Counted from the first letter of the stretch, positions 1 to 9,803 are shown. The stretch: DNA of 36,084 nt from Alphaproteobacteria bacterium (GCA_017958895.1 JAGDBT010000087.1:1-36084); one strand, 5' to 3'. Notes: a model not told the origin generated them from the letters alone. Program-made: numbers and translations.

Positions 1-1916
1 AACCACCATCTTGATTTATTGCTCGGTGCGCCGTCAACTTTCTTGGCGCGGGTGATATAAACTTCCGGCGCCTTCAATAAATGGGCAAAATCAGCAGCCG
101 CCACCCCTACGGCTCTTTCCGGTTGCGGCAACCCGAAGTCCTTTTTCATCGGTCTCGACATCCACATATCGGCTTTCGGCATCTGCGGCCAACAACCTTC
201 GTTAGCCTCCCCGATTATAACCGTATCATATTGCGTTAATCGTGCTTCTATCGGTCCCAAAATCTTTACACGCGGATGCATTCCGTAACGCGAGCGCACA
301 TTATATTCCGAAAGAAACATATTGAAAAAGCCTTCGTAATCTATGGTTTGAATGTTTTCCAGATTATTGCACTTTTCCATAAACGACGTAATAAAATCGC
401 CGGCCGTTTTACCGGCATCCTGTCGCCATATTATTTTATCTCCGCTTTTTAAATCCGTATCCGCCAAACTTTCCGCAACTTTTATGTGCGCACAAAACAG
501 TTGTTTAACATCGGCCACGGAGTTTTCATAAATTTCCGCTAACGGGTGTAACCGCTCTTCAAAATTTTTAAGCAAATCTTTTTGTTCGTCGGATAATTCT
601 TTGCCGCGCCGCCAGGTTAATTCCAAATGCCGAACTTTCTGGTTAAATTCCGCATAAGACTCACCGCAAGCCGTAAACGGATGTTTCAACAAAGCCATCA
701 TTGCCGTTTGCGATTTTTCCGCGGCATAATTCAAAATCAAACGCAAATAAATACCTATCGGCGATAAATTTAACGGCTGGCCGGCCGAATCATCCGCACT
801 TACTCCCCACTTCGCAAGTTCGGATATTACCCGCCGCGACAAATTACGATCCATAGTTACCAATGCCGTGATTTTTTCGGGAGTTTCCAAATTTTTACGA
901 ATAATCAGCGCTATGGCTTTAGCCTCTTGGCGCACATCATCGCAATTTACCAACTTTATGTTTTCAAACGCCGAATCGGGCAAAGGATTTACATTTAAAT
1001 TACGCCAAGCTCCGGAACTCTCGGCCGGCAACATAATTTTTGAAACCAGTTCTTCTCTTGCAGAAACGGGCGCTTCTCCCAAATCAGCCACCTCTTCGCG
1101 ATTGATTTCAAGAAATTCCAAAAGTTCTTTAAGTTCATATTGCGGATGAGTTTCTTCAATATTTTTCCAAGCTTCTTCATCAAGATATTTATCCAGTCCG
1201 TAAAGATAGCATTTGCCGTTCTTCAACTCCGTAACGGTTTTAACCAATCGCTTTAAAATCGGAAAAGCGGCTGTGCTGCCGGCCACAATTATATGCCGCT
1301 TTGAGTTGTCCTTTTTCCAAATATTCATTTGGGTTTCCAGAAGCTTACACCGCCGTTCTGCCGCATTAACCGCCCCGCGTTCCCGCAAAATTTGCGGCCA
1401 ATATTGAGTGATTATTTTCAGCAATTCCAAAGTTTGTTGCCAATGGACGGCATATTTTTCCGTAACAATTCCCGCCAAATCGGCAAACGATAATTCCTGG
1501 AGATAAACATTATCCATCAGCGAAGAAAGATTTTTCGCCAAAGCATAAGCCTGTACCAAAGATACTCTTTTGCCGCCCCAGTCCGGTTTTTGCAAAATCA
1601 TTCTGGTAAAAAGCAATACTCTCTCTGAACTGTCGATTGCCGGCAACAAGCCGTCCAACAATTCTTTATTTCCGCTCAAATATATTTCATCTTCTTCAAC
1701 ATCCGCCAACGGCGACATTTCCGGCAAAATCGTAGGTGATAATCCGCGCAACCGTACAAAAGCCTCGGCCAAGCTTTGACAAGCACGTCTGTTCGGCAAC
1801 AAAATCAAAACTTTAGACAGTTCTTCCTGCTTGTTTTCATATTTTTGCAAAAGATGTGCCGCCAAAACATCAACAAAAGAAAATCCCGCTCTGATGTTAT
1901 AAATTTTGCCGTCCAT
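1..1916 (-). CDS. addB: Double-strand break repair protein AddB (alphaproteobacterial AddAB type). N-terminal ~638 aa; the 3' end runs off the window.
   Basis: Absent from the ORF track because no stop codon lies inside the window. Hand translation of the minus strand from the ATG (complement of 1914-1916) gives MDGKIYNIRAGFSFVDVLAAHLLQKYENKQEELSKVLILLPNRRA. Spot checks in the same frame are open at 1141-1200 (GLDKYLDEEAWKNIEETHPQ) and 1-60 (YITRAKKVDGAPSNKSRWW). No other frame here has an ORF above 93 aa. The N-terminal pattern and the PSRW-type motif are typical of AddB. Only spot-checked, not translated in full. Confidence 0.72.
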   Translation of the reverse strand, partial: MDGKIYNIRAGFSFVDVLAAHLLQKYENKQEELSKVLILLPNRRACQSLAEAFVRLRGLSPTILPEMSPLADVEEDEIYLSGNKELLDGLLPAIDSSERVLLFTRMILQKPDWGGKRVSLVQAYALAKNLSSLMDNVYLQELSFADLAGIVTEKYAVHWQQTLELLKIITQYWPQILRERGAVNAAERRCKLLETQMNIWKKDNSKRHIIVAGSTAAFPILKRLVKTVTELKNGKCYLYGLDKYLDEEAWKNIEETHPQYELKELLEFLEINREEVADLGEAPVSAREELVSKIMLPAESSGAWRNLNVNPLPDSAFENIKLVNCDDVRQEAKAIALIIRKNLETPEKITALVTMDRNLSRRVISELAKWGVSADDSAGQPLNLSPIGIYLRLILNYAAEKSQTAMMALLKHPFTACGESYAEFNQKVRHLELTWRRGKELSDEQKDLLKNFEERLHPLAEIYENSVADVKQLFCAHIKVAESLADTDLKSGDKIIWRQDAGKTAGDFITSFMEKCNNLENIQTIDYEGFFNMFLSEYNVRSRYGMHPRVKILGPIEARLTQYDTVIIGEANEGCWPQMPKADMWMSRPMKKDFGLPQPERAVGVAAADFAHLLKAPEVYITRAKKVDGAPSNKSRWW

Positions 1917-1926
1917 CTTATTTTTC

Positions 1927-2520
1927 CTACATGGTTTCCAGATAAGCTTTCAAAAGATTCATGGCTCTGCCGCGATGCGATATTTTATTTTTGGCTTCTT
2001 TTCCCATTTGCGCAAAACTGCAATCATACCCGTCCGGAATAAATAACGGGTCATAACCGAATCCGTCGGGACCGCACATTTTTTCCGGTGCTATCTGCCC
2101 ATCGACTCTTCCTTCAAACAGATTATATTCCCCGTTCGGATATGCCAAAGAAATCACACAAGAAAAATGTGCTTTACGGCTTTGATTTCCGCTTGCCGCC
2201 ATTTCCGCCAACAGTTTATCCATACCGCGATTAAAATCTCTATCCGGCGCATAACGTGCCGAATAAACGCCCGGAGCACCGTTTAAGGCATCCACACATA
2301 AACCGGAATCGTCGGCAATACAGGCAATCCCTGTAAGTTCCGCAATGGTTTTTGATTTTAACAACGAATTTTCGGCAAAAGTCGAACCGGTTTCTTCAAC
2401 ATCGGGAAGTTCCATATCCAAAGCCGATTTAACCGCAATTCTCAAAGGTTTCAGCATTTCCGTAATTTCGGCTATTTTGCCTTTATTATGGCTGGCAAAG
2501 ATAATCTCGTTTATTTTCAT
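1927..2520 (-). CDS. rdgB: dITP/XTP pyrophosphatase (RdgB/HAM1 family)
   Basis: 197-aa ORF with ASHNKGK, EETGSTFAENS and ADDSGLCVDALNGAPGVYSARY motifs. The ATGA 4-nt overlap with the rph stop gives the common rph-rdgB order. Confidence 0.92.
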   Translation of the reverse strand: MKINEIIFASHNKGKIAEITEMLKPLRIAVKSALDMELPDVEETGSTFAENSLLKSKTIAELTGIACIADDSGLCVDALNGAPGVYSARYAPDRDFNRGMDKLLAEMAASGNQSRKAHFSCVISLAYPNGEYNLFEGRVDGQIAPEKMCGPDGFGYDPLFIPDGYDCSFAQMGKEAKNKISHRGRAMNLLKAYLETM

Positions 2521-3230
2521 TTTTCCCCCAGAACTCTTTTTTGTTCTTTAATGATTTGCCGTATTCCGGATTTTGCCAAACGGAACAATTCATTAAACTC
2601 CGCCTCGCTGAATGTTGCTCCTTCGGCGGTAGCGCCTATTTCCACAATTCTGCCGCTTTCGGTTAAAACAAAATTTGTATCGGCATCAGCATGCGAATCT
2701 TCTTCGTAATCCAAATCCAAAACTGCTTCGCCTCCGCAAATTCCGCAAGAAATTGCACCGACATATTCCCTTATCGGATTACGCGGCAACTTGCCCTCCG
2801 ACACCAACTTTTGCAAAGCCAGATATAAGGCTACAAACCCTCCGGAAATTGAGGCTGTTCGGGTGCCGCCGTCAGCCTGCAAAACATCACAATCTATCTG
2901 AATGCAAATTTCCGGCATCGCCGATAAATCCGTAACCGCCCGCAACGACCTGCCGATTAAGCGCTGAATTTCATGCGTTCTGCCGCCTACTCCCTTCGTC
3001 TCGCGCGCAACTCTGGTTTGGGTGGCACGCGGCAAAAGAGAATATTCGGCGGTTATCCAACCTCTTTCCTGTCCTTTCAGCCAAGCCGGTACGGCATCCG
3101 CAACACTGGCCGTGCATAAAACTTTGGTATTGCCGCATTTTATTAAACACGAACCCTCGGCATATAAATTAACTCCCGTCGTTATTTCCAACGGGCGCAT
3201 TTGTTCGGCTGTTCGGCTGTTTTTACGCAT
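2517..3230 (-). CDS. rph: Ribonuclease PH
   Basis: MRKNSRTAEQMRPLEITTGVNLYAEGSCLIKCGNTKVLCTASV matches the RNase PH N-terminus. I moved the start to Met21 of the track ORF (complement of 3228-3230); the longer form adds a K-rich extension. This start overlaps the aroK stop by 8 nt. Confidence 0.9.
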   Translation of the reverse strand: MRKNSRTAEQMRPLEITTGVNLYAEGSCLIKCGNTKVLCTASVADAVPAWLKGQERGWITAEYSLLPRATQTRVARETKGVGGRTHEIQRLIGRSLRAVTDLSAMPEICIQIDCDVLQADGGTRTASISGGFVALYLALQKLVSEGKLPRNPIREYVGAISCGICGGEAVLDLDYEEDSHADADTNFVLTESGRIVEIGATAEGATFSEAEFNELFRLAKSGIRQIIKEQKRVLGEK

Positions 3231-3792
3231 TTTCTTCTTTCCTTTCGGCTGACTGTTTTTGTCCTTTATAATATCTGTTGATGGCAGCAATCACATGGCG
3301 CACGGTGTTTTCCACCCGTTCATCTTTGGTTTCCACCACAATATCAGCCTCGGAATAATACGGATATTCTTCGGCAATATATTCTTGCAATTTGGCCTTT
3401 ACCGTGTCGTTATCCCCCAGCAAAAACGGTCTTCTCGTGCGGCCGGCAGTACGGTGATAAAGCGTATCAATATCTGCTTTCAGCCATACGGTCAGCGCAT
3501 TATTTTTTGCCAGTTCCCGGGTTTTTTCGGCCACAAACGAACCACCGCCCGAAGCCAAAACACAAGGCGCTCCCTGCAAAAGACGTTTCATAACCCTTTC
3601 TTCGCCGGCACGATATTCTTTTTCACCGAAGCACTTTAAAACATCGACCAAGGACAAACCGGCCGCTTTTTCTATTTCCTGATCTCCGTCAACAAACGGC
3701 AAAGACAGACGACGAGCCAATCTTTTCCCCACGCTGGTCTTACCGCTTCCCATCAGGCCGACCAATAAAATTATTTTGTTAATTCTAGGCAT
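3223..3792 (-). CDS. aroK: Shikimate kinase
   Basis: P-loop GLMGSGKTSVGKRLA followed by PFVDGDQEIE, with the usual short-kinase length plus a charged C-terminal tail. Confidence 0.85.
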   Translation of the reverse strand: MPRINKIILLVGLMGSGKTSVGKRLARRLSLPFVDGDQEIEKAAGLSLVDVLKCFGEKEYRAGEERVMKRLLQGAPCVLASGGGSFVAEKTRELAKNNALTVWLKADIDTLYHRTAGRTRRPFLLGDNDTVKAKLQEYIAEEYPYYSEADIVVETKDERVENTVRHVIAAINRYYKGQKQSAERKEENA

Positions 3793-3827
3793 TTTTCGTT
3801 CTTTATTATCTTTTCTTAACTATTGAC

Positions 3828-3856
3828 CTTACAATATAACCTTGTTAAGATATAAT
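3828..3856 (+). promoter_or_regulatory. Candidate sigma-70 promoter for the small ORF and xerD operon
   Basis: CTTACA (3828-3833), a 17-nt spacer, then a perfect TATAAT (3851-3856), about 34 nt upstream of the ATG at 3890. It lies in the divergent aroK/xerD intergenic region. Sequence pattern only. Confidence 0.4.
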
Positions 3857-3889
3857 CAACATTTTTTAACAGTTTATGAGGAAAAAACC

Positions 3890-4045
3890 ATGCGCAGTTC
3901 TTTTGCCAAACAAAACAACACCAAAATCATTTTATGGGCGATTATTTTAGCCGTTATTTGTGCCGCCGGATTTATTGTGGTGCAAGAAATTGAAGTTCCG
4001 ACCGAACATATTTCGCAACCGATCAGCGTCAATTCAGAAAAATAA
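3890..4045 (+). CDS. Small single-pass membrane protein (51 aa), unknown function
   Basis: An internal ATG of track ORF 3842-4045 is preceded by GAGGAAAAAA. The product MRSSFAKQNNTKIILWAIILAVICAAGFIVVQEI has one clear TM helix. Its stop TAA is 1 nt before the xerD ATG, suggesting coupling. Confidence 0.45.
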   Translation: MRSSFAKQNNTKIILWAIILAVICAAGFIVVQEIEVPTEHISQPISVNSEK

Positions 4046-4046
4046 T

Positions 4047-4976
4047 ATGCTCTCGCGGGAAATTGAAAATTTTTTACAAATGATTGCGGCCGAAAAAGGG
4101 GTTGCACAAAATTCACTTATCGCTTATGAAAACGATTTGCGACAATTTTTGCTGTTCGGCAATCTTTATGAGCCGCAGGATATTACTGAAGAAAAAATCA
4201 AACTCTTCCTGCAAGATTTAAGCAACAGAGGATTTTCACCCAAAACCTCCGCACGCAAACTCTCGGCCATTAAAGAATTTTGCAAATTTTTGTTCTCGGA
4301 AAAAAAAATAAATACCAATCCGGCTCAAAACATTTTAACCCCGAAACAACAAAAACCGTTGCCGAAATTTTTAACCGTGGAGGAAATTGCGGCAATCATA
4401 GAAACCGCCAAAGAAAGTCGAGATTATCGCTGGCATCGAATTGCCGTAATGATTGAACTTATGTATGCTTCCGGAATGCGTGTTTCGGAATTGGTGGCTT
4501 TGCCTCTTAATGCCGTTAATTCCAAAAAAGGATTGGTGACCATTTTCGGAAAAGGCTCAAAAGAACGACTGGTTCCGCTGGCTGAAAAAGCCGTTGAAAC
4601 CTTGGAACAATATAAAGAACTCCGTCAACACTTTATTGCACCGCGTGGCGAATCTCCGTGGCTTTTTCCTTCTTTGCAAGCAGCCGACGGGCACTTAACT
4701 CGTGATGCTTTTTATAAAGATTTGAAAACCCTGGCGGCCAAATGCGGAATTTTTCCTTCACGGATTTCACCGCATGTTTTGCGCCATTCTTTTGCCACAC
4801 ATCTTATAAATAACGATGCCGATTTACGTTCCGTGCAAAAAATGCTGGGGCATGAAAATATTTCCACAACCGAAATTTATACCCATATAATTTCGCAAAA
4901 ACTTCTGGAAACCGTAAGAAACCTGCACCCTTTGGCAAAATATAAAGAAGAGGAAGAAAATGGCAAAAAAAATTGA
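4047..4976 (+). CDS. xerD: Site-specific tyrosine recombinase XerD
   Basis: Start reset to the ATG at 4047 (MLSREIENFLQMIAAEKGVAQNSLIAYENDL is the typical Xer N-terminus). Also has ARKLSAIKEF and C-terminal HVLRHSFATHL...LGHENISTTEIYTHI with the catalytic Tyr. Confidence 0.85.
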   Translation: MLSREIENFLQMIAAEKGVAQNSLIAYENDLRQFLLFGNLYEPQDITEEKIKLFLQDLSNRGFSPKTSARKLSAIKEFCKFLFSEKKINTNPAQNILTPKQQKPLPKFLTVEEIAAIIETAKESRDYRWHRIAVMIELMYASGMRVSELVALPLNAVNSKKGLVTIFGKGSKERLVPLAEKAVETLEQYKELRQHFIAPRGESPWLFPSLQAADGHLTRDAFYKDLKTLAAKCGIFPSRISPHVLRHSFATHLINNDADLRSVQKMLGHENISTTEIYTHIISQKLLETVRNLHPLAKYKEEEENGKKN

Positions 4977-5487
4977 AATAAATTCCGAACATCGTTTGAG
5001 CGATTTGACTGCCATAGCCAAAACGGCCTCGCCGGTTGCCCGACAACTCCTCGGCAAAAGAGGATTTTTGTTGGTTGATTTATTGTCGGCCTGGCAAGAA
5101 ATTGTCGGTGCGGAAATCGCTTCATACACTTTGCCGCAAAAAATTACCTTTCCCAAAGATGAACAGACAAACGGTTGTTTGTTGCTTACCGTTTCGGCAG
5201 GAGCTTTTGCCATGGAAATAAAACAAAAAGAAAACCGAATTATTGATAAAATCAATGTTTTTTTCGGTTATCCCGCCATATCTTCCCTGAAAATCTCACA
5301 AACCGACAATGTCGATAATTTTTTAATTGCTAAAAAACAACCTGATAAACTCAAAAAAAAGGTTGTATCCGCCGAGGAAGAATCATATATTACGGAAGTA
5401 ACTGGAGAAATTAAAGACAACAATTTACGCAACACCTTAGAAAATATCGGCAGAGCCGTATTTTCCAAGAAGCATAAACAGGAGTAA
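4960..5487 (+). CDS. DUF721-domain protein (DciA-like family)
   Basis: The LLSAWQEIVGAEIASYTLPQKI...GCLLLTVSAGAFAMEIKQKENRIIDKINVFFGY pattern is typical of DUF721. An SD-like GAGGAAGAAA lies upstream. Overlaps the xerD end by 17 nt. Confidence 0.6.
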   Translation: MAKKIEINSEHRLSDLTAIAKTASPVARQLLGKRGFLLVDLLSAWQEIVGAEIASYTLPQKITFPKDEQTNGCLLLTVSAGAFAMEIKQKENRIIDKINVFFGYPAISSLKISQTDNVDNFLIAKKQPDKLKKKVVSAEEESYITEVTGEIKDNNLRNTLENIGRAVFSKKHKQE

Positions 5488-5491
5488 AGTT

Positions 5492-6217
5492 TTGGAAAAG
5501 TTTATAAGAAAAATCAGCAGTATCTTATCTTTTATAGTGATTTTTTTCGCTTCGGCAATTTTTTATTTTAACTTTAAGGGCTTTGACTATGTTGACGGCC
5601 AAATAGTTCTTAAACCGCAAGAAGCTCAGGCGGTTGAAAAGAAAACTTTTGCCGAATTGCCGGCCAATTTGGTAATTAACGCTTCGCAAAAATATGCCGA
5701 GGGCTCGAAAGATGCACCGTTGACCATGTATGAATATTCGTCTTTTGATTGCCCGCACTGTGCCGATTTCCATTTGGATATTATGCCTGACATAGAAAAA
5801 GAATATGTTGAAAAAGGTTTGTTACGCGTGATTTTTGTTAATTTTCCTTTGAGCAAAAATGCCATGAATGTTGCTCTGCTCTCAAGATGTATTCCTTATG
5901 ACCAATACAAACAGTTTGTTAATACCATGTTTTTGGAACAGCGTTCATGGTGGAACGATAAAAACAATAAAACCATATTCAAGTTGGCTGCCAAATTCGG
6001 CTTGACCAATGAAGAAGCGGAGATTTGCATAAAAAATAATACGGAAGCACAAAATATTATTGCTGACAGACAGGAAGCCATGACCCGTTTAAACATGCAA
6101 GGAACTCCGGCCTTTTTGTTCAGCGGCACGGATGGTAATGAAATAATTTACGGCGTGCCGACCAAAACCAGACTTACCGAATATCTTAATGACCGACTGG
6201 CCAGACTATCCCATTAG
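5492..6217 (+). CDS. DsbA-family thiol:disulfide oxidoreductase (membrane-anchored or exported)
   Basis: N-terminal TM/signal anchor and a thioredoxin-fold CPHC active site (SSFDCPHCADFH). TTG start 7 nt after AGGAG. Confidence 0.8.
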   Translation: MEKFIRKISSILSFIVIFFASAIFYFNFKGFDYVDGQIVLKPQEAQAVEKKTFAELPANLVINASQKYAEGSKDAPLTMYEYSSFDCPHCADFHLDIMPDIEKEYVEKGLLRVIFVNFPLSKNAMNVALLSRCIPYDQYKQFVNTMFLEQRSWWNDKNNKTIFKLAAKFGLTNEEAEICIKNNTEAQNIIADRQEAMTRLNMQGTPAFLFSGTDGNEIIYGVPTKTRLTEYLNDRLARLSH

Positions 6218-6229
6218 AAAGCCGATAAA

Positions 6230-6535
6230 ATGACTGAGCTGCCAAACGACATAAAAGATATTGACCGGCGTTTGCAACAGGCAAAAAAAAGCAAAAAACA
6301 AACCCGCCGTACCCAAAATTCTTTTGTCGTTTTCACTGAGGCCGCCTTTCGGGTTACTTTGGATTTTGCCGCGCCGATTATCGTGGCTTTTGCCATCGGC
6401 TATGTTGCGGACAAACTCTTAAACACCCGACCGATTATAATGATTGTTTGCATTGTTTTCGGTGTGTTGGCCGGCATGCTTAATTTATATAAATCGGCCC
6501 GCCGGTTGGAAAATAAAATTTCCGAGGAGAAGTAG
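6230..6535 (+). CDS. atpI: AtpI/AtpZ-family ATP synthase protein I
   Basis: 101-aa basic N-terminus plus two TM helices, immediately upstream of atpB with no gap. Confidence 0.7.
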   Translation: MTELPNDIKDIDRRLQQAKKSKKQTRRTQNSFVVFTEAAFRVTLDFAAPIIVAFAIGYVADKLLNTRPIIMIVCIVFGVLAGMLNLYKSARRLENKISEEK

Positions 6536-7261
6536 ATGAGCAATCCGTTGGAACAATTTGCCATAAAGAAAATCGTCCCGCTGAATATCAACGGAATGGA
6601 TATTTCTTTTACAAATTCTTCTTTATGTATGCTTATCACGGTTTTTGTGGTTTTCTCTACTTTGTTTTGGTGTTTAAGAAAAAGAAATATAATTCCCTCT
6701 CCCGCCCAAAGTTTTGCCGAAATGACCTATGACTTTGTTACAAACATCATCGGCGACACTCTGGGACACGACGGCTATAAATATGTGGCACTTATTTTCA
6801 GCATTTTCACCTTTATTGCCCGCGGCAATCTTTTGGGACTGTTCCCGTACAGTTTTACCTTTACCTCTCATTTGGCCGCCGTCGGCACTTTATCGCTGTT
6901 TTGCTTGATTTTGAACATTATTTTCGGCCTCAAACATCGCGGTTGGGATTATTTTCATACCTTTTTCCCGAAAGGTGTGCCGTGGATTATGGCTCCGCTG
7001 ATTGTACCGGTCGAAATTTTTTCACTGATCGGAAAGTCTTTCAGTTTAACTATTCGTCTGGTTGTTAATATGTCAATCGGCCATATAATTTTAAAAATTA
7101 TCGGCACTTTTATAATTGCCATGAAATTATTCGGCTTTATCCCTTTATTTGCCGATATGGGAATAATTATGTTCGAACTGTTTGTCGCCTTACTGCAAGC
7201 TTATATATACACCACCTTGAGTTGTGTATATTTAAGCCAATCCATCAGTGAGGAAGAGTAA
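6536..7261 (+). CDS. atpB: F0F1 ATP synthase subunit a
   Basis: 241-aa polytopic protein with the conserved SLTIRLVVNMSIGH region (essential Arg) and LQAYIYTTL near the C-terminus. Confidence 0.93.
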   Translation: MSNPLEQFAIKKIVPLNINGMDISFTNSSLCMLITVFVVFSTLFWCLRKRNIIPSPAQSFAEMTYDFVTNIIGDTLGHDGYKYVALIFSIFTFIARGNLLGLFPYSFTFTSHLAAVGTLSLFCLILNIIFGLKHRGWDYFHTFFPKGVPWIMAPLIVPVEIFSLIGKSFSLTIRLVVNMSIGHIILKIIGTFIIAMKLFGFIPLFADMGIIMFELFVALLQAYIYTTLSCVYLSQSISEEE

Positions 7262-7285
7262 CTAACCTTAAGAAAGGATAAAAAA

Positions 7286-7522
7286 ATGGAAAACGAAATT
7301 TTACAAGATAAATCCATAGCTTTCATTGCCGCCTGCGTATGTTCCGTGGCTATGACGGTTGTGGCCTGGGGCTTAACAAAATTATGGACCACTTTGATTG
7401 AAACGGTAGGCCGCAATCCGCAAGCACGCAAAGATGTATCTTTGTTCGGTTTTGTCGGCATGGGCTCAATTGAAGCTATTGCTTTGTATATTTTGGTAAT
7501 TGCGGTTTTAATCATCCTGTAA
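7286..7522 (+). CDS. atpE: F0F1 ATP synthase subunit c
   Basis: 78-aa hairpin protein with the GRNPQA loop and a carboxylate in the GSIEAIALY helix. Confidence 0.93.
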   Translation: MENEILQDKSIAFIAACVCSVAMTVVAWGLTKLWTTLIETVGRNPQARKDVSLFGFVGMGSIEAIALYILVIAVLIIL

Positions 7523-7536
7523 TTTGAAGGTTTTTA

Positions 7537-8022
7537 ATGCCTCAGTTAGACATTTCCACTTATCTTTCGCAGGCTTTTTGGCTTTTACTCAGTTTTATTC
7601 TGTTATGGATATTACTGTCGGTTTTTATTACGCCGAAAATAGCCGATATAATTGAGCAAAGAAAGCGCAAAATTGATGATTACCTGCAAAAAGCGGAAAT
7701 TATGAATAACAAGGCAAAAGAAACCAACGACCGCTATAACACGACCCTGAATGCCGCCAAAAATGCGGCGGAAAACAATTTTAACGAGGGCAAAGAGCAT
7801 CTTGATAATTATTTGCATAACTTTGAAAATAAATTTATCAAAGAATTGAGCTCTCAACTCGCCGACAATGAATTTCAACTGGCCAAACAAAAGAAGGAAA
7901 TCTTGCAACAGGCGGAAGATCTTGCTACCGATTTGGCTTTTGATATTGTGCAAAAACTGGGGTTTACGCATATCTCCCGACAAGATATAATCAATGTTTC
8001 GCAGCAACGAGGGGAAAAATGA
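7537..8022 (+). CDS. F0F1 ATP synthase subunit b'
   Basis: One N-terminal TM plus a long charged helix. It is the first of two tandem b-type genes, as in alphaproteobacterial F0 operons. Confidence 0.8.
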   Translation: MPQLDISTYLSQAFWLLLSFILLWILLSVFITPKIADIIEQRKRKIDDYLQKAEIMNNKAKETNDRYNTTLNAAKNAAENNFNEGKEHLDNYLHNFENKFIKELSSQLADNEFQLAKQKKEILQQAEDLATDLAFDIVQKLGFTHISRQDIINVSQQRGEK

Positions 8023-8660
8023 CCGAAGCAACCGACATTTTATCCGAGACCGGCGAAAAATTGATTGATGCCACGCAAAATGTGATTATGGACGCGGCCG
8101 AAAACGTTTCGCAGGTTATAGAAACTGCCGCCGAAAAATCAATCATTCACGAACCCAGCCCCGTTCCTTTTTATACCGAAATAGAATTCTGGGTAGGCCT
8201 ATCTTTTGTTTTGACTATCCTTTTATTATATAAATTTGCCGGAAAATTGTTCAAAAATCTGTTGCTCGGACACTCGCAAAAAGTGGTTTCGGAAATAGAA
8301 GAGGCCGTAAAATTACGGGACGATGCTCAAAAACTCTTGGCAAAATATGAACGTCAGGCTCTTAATTTAAACAGCGAAGCCGAACAAATATTTAACGAAT
8401 CGCAGAAAAATCTGCAGAATCTTAAAAATCGCAAAACTGCCGATTTAAAAAAGAAGCTTCGTCATAAGCAACAAGAAACCGCCTTGCGCATTTCTGCGGC
8501 AACGGAAAAAAATCAATCCGAAATAAATGCCGTAATCAGTCTGCGGGCCACTGAACTGGCTCATAAGGCCATAGAAAAATATATAAACAACACCGAGAAA
8601 AGTTTATTGATTGATGAAGCAATTGCCGATTTGGATAAAATAATAACCTCCGAGAACTGA
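8019..8660 (+). CDS. atpF: F0F1 ATP synthase subunit b
   Basis: Second b-type protein, with a TM after an N-terminal extension and then a coiled coil. ATGA overlap with the b' gene. Confidence 0.8.
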   Translation: MTEATDILSETGEKLIDATQNVIMDAAENVSQVIETAAEKSIIHEPSPVPFYTEIEFWVGLSFVLTILLLYKFAGKLFKNLLLGHSQKVVSEIEEAVKLRDDAQKLLAKYERQALNLNSEAEQIFNESQKNLQNLKNRKTADLKKKLRHKQQETALRISAATEKNQSEINAVISLRATELAHKAIEKYINNTEKSLLIDEAIADLDKIITSEN

Positions 8661-8675
8661 TCCTCGGAGGTTATT
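8642..8675. terminator. Bidirectional stem-loop between convergent atpF and fba
   Basis: Perfect 13-bp inverted repeat AATAACCTCCGAG (8642-8654) / CTCGGAGGTTATT (8663-8675) with an 8-nt loop that contains the atpF stop codon. A/T-rich flanks on both sides. Confidence 0.6.
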
Positions 8676-8692
8676 AAATAATATCGGCTCGA

Positions 8693-9742
8693 TTAAATTT
8701 CTCCGGCCGCGTATTTTTTAGCCATATCGCAAAGTCTTATGGCTTTAATTTTGTCGGCATTGCCGGCCGCCCCGAAAGCGATATAACGATCCTCGCAAAC
8801 CTTCTGCATTTCTTCGATTGCCGGTTTAAGATATTTACGCGGATCAAATTCCGAAGGATGCTCTGCATATATGCGACGAATTGCTCCGGTCATAGCCATA
8901 CGCGAATCCGTATCAACATTGACTTTTCTGACCCCGGATTTAATACCGCGAACAATTTCTTCTACCGGAACACCGTAAGTTTGCGGAATTTGCCCGCCGT
9001 AAGCATTAATCAAATCTTGTAATTCTTGCGGAACTGAAGAAGAACCGTGCATTACCAAGTGAGTATTCGGCAATTTGGCATGAATTTTTTCAATTACATC
9101 AATAGCCAGAATTTCGCCGTCCGGTTTGCGCGTAAACTTATAAGCGCCGTGCGATGTACCAACCGCCACCGCCAAAGCATCAAGCCCTGTCAGGCTTACA
9201 AATTCAGCCGCCTCATCCGGATCGGTAACCAAACGTTTTTTATCCAGTTTACCTTCCGCACCTATACCGTCTTCCTTATCGGCTTTACCGGTTTCAAGAG
9301 AACCGATAACTCCCAACTCGCCTTCAACGGATGCTCCCACGGCATGAGCGCGAGACACAACTTCCTTGGTTACTTTTACATTATATTCAAAAGAAGAAGG
9401 GGTTTTACCGTCAGTTTCCAAAGAACCGTCCATCATTACCGAAGAATATCCGTTTACAATGGCCGATTGGCAAATATCAACCGAAGTTCCGTGATCCTGA
9501 TGCAAGCAAATAGGCAATTCCGGAAACATTTCAATTCCCGCGGCAATCATATGACGAATCATCGGGTCGCCGGCATATTTGCGGGCACCGGTTGAAGTTT
9601 GAATAATCACCGGAGCATTAACTTTTTTGGCCGCCTGTAAAACGGCAATAATTTGTTCCATATCATTAATATTAAACGCCGGAACACCATAGTTGTGTTC
9701 TGCCGCATGGTCAAGAATTTGACGCATAGAAACTAAAGGCAT
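8693..9742 (-). CDS. fba: Class II fructose-bisphosphate aldolase
   Basis: MPLVSMRQILDHAAEHNYGVPAFNINDMEQ...; the HQDHG and HGSSSVP regions are typical of class II FBA (349 aa). Confidence 0.93.
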   Translation of the reverse strand: MPLVSMRQILDHAAEHNYGVPAFNINDMEQIIAVLQAAKKVNAPVIIQTSTGARKYAGDPMIRHMIAAGIEMFPELPICLHQDHGTSVDICQSAIVNGYSSVMMDGSLETDGKTPSSFEYNVKVTKEVVSRAHAVGASVEGELGVIGSLETGKADKEDGIGAEGKLDKKRLVTDPDEAAEFVSLTGLDALAVAVGTSHGAYKFTRKPDGEILAIDVIEKIHAKLPNTHLVMHGSSSVPQELQDLINAYGGQIPQTYGVPVEEIVRGIKSGVRKVNVDTDSRMAMTGAIRRIYAEHPSEFDPRKYLKPAIEEMQKVCEDRYIAFGAAGNADKIKAIRLCDMAKKYAAGEI

Positions 9743-9775
9743 TTTTTTCTCCTAAATTAAATTTTAACTGGCTCA

Positions 9776-9803
9776 AATATAAAAGTTTTATGTATTTTTG
9801 CAA
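9776..9803 (-). promoter_or_regulatory. Candidate sigma-70 promoter for fba
   Basis: On the minus strand: TTGCAA (9803-9798), a 16-nt spacer, then TATATT (9781-9776), about 35 nt upstream of the fba ATG. Pattern only. Confidence 0.35.

Noticed and set aside
3960-4046. Upstream GTG extension of xerD given in the ORF track
   Set aside because: The extension overlaps the small membrane ORF in another frame and adds a non-Xer-like basic peptide. The ATG at 4047 gives the canonical Xer N-terminus.
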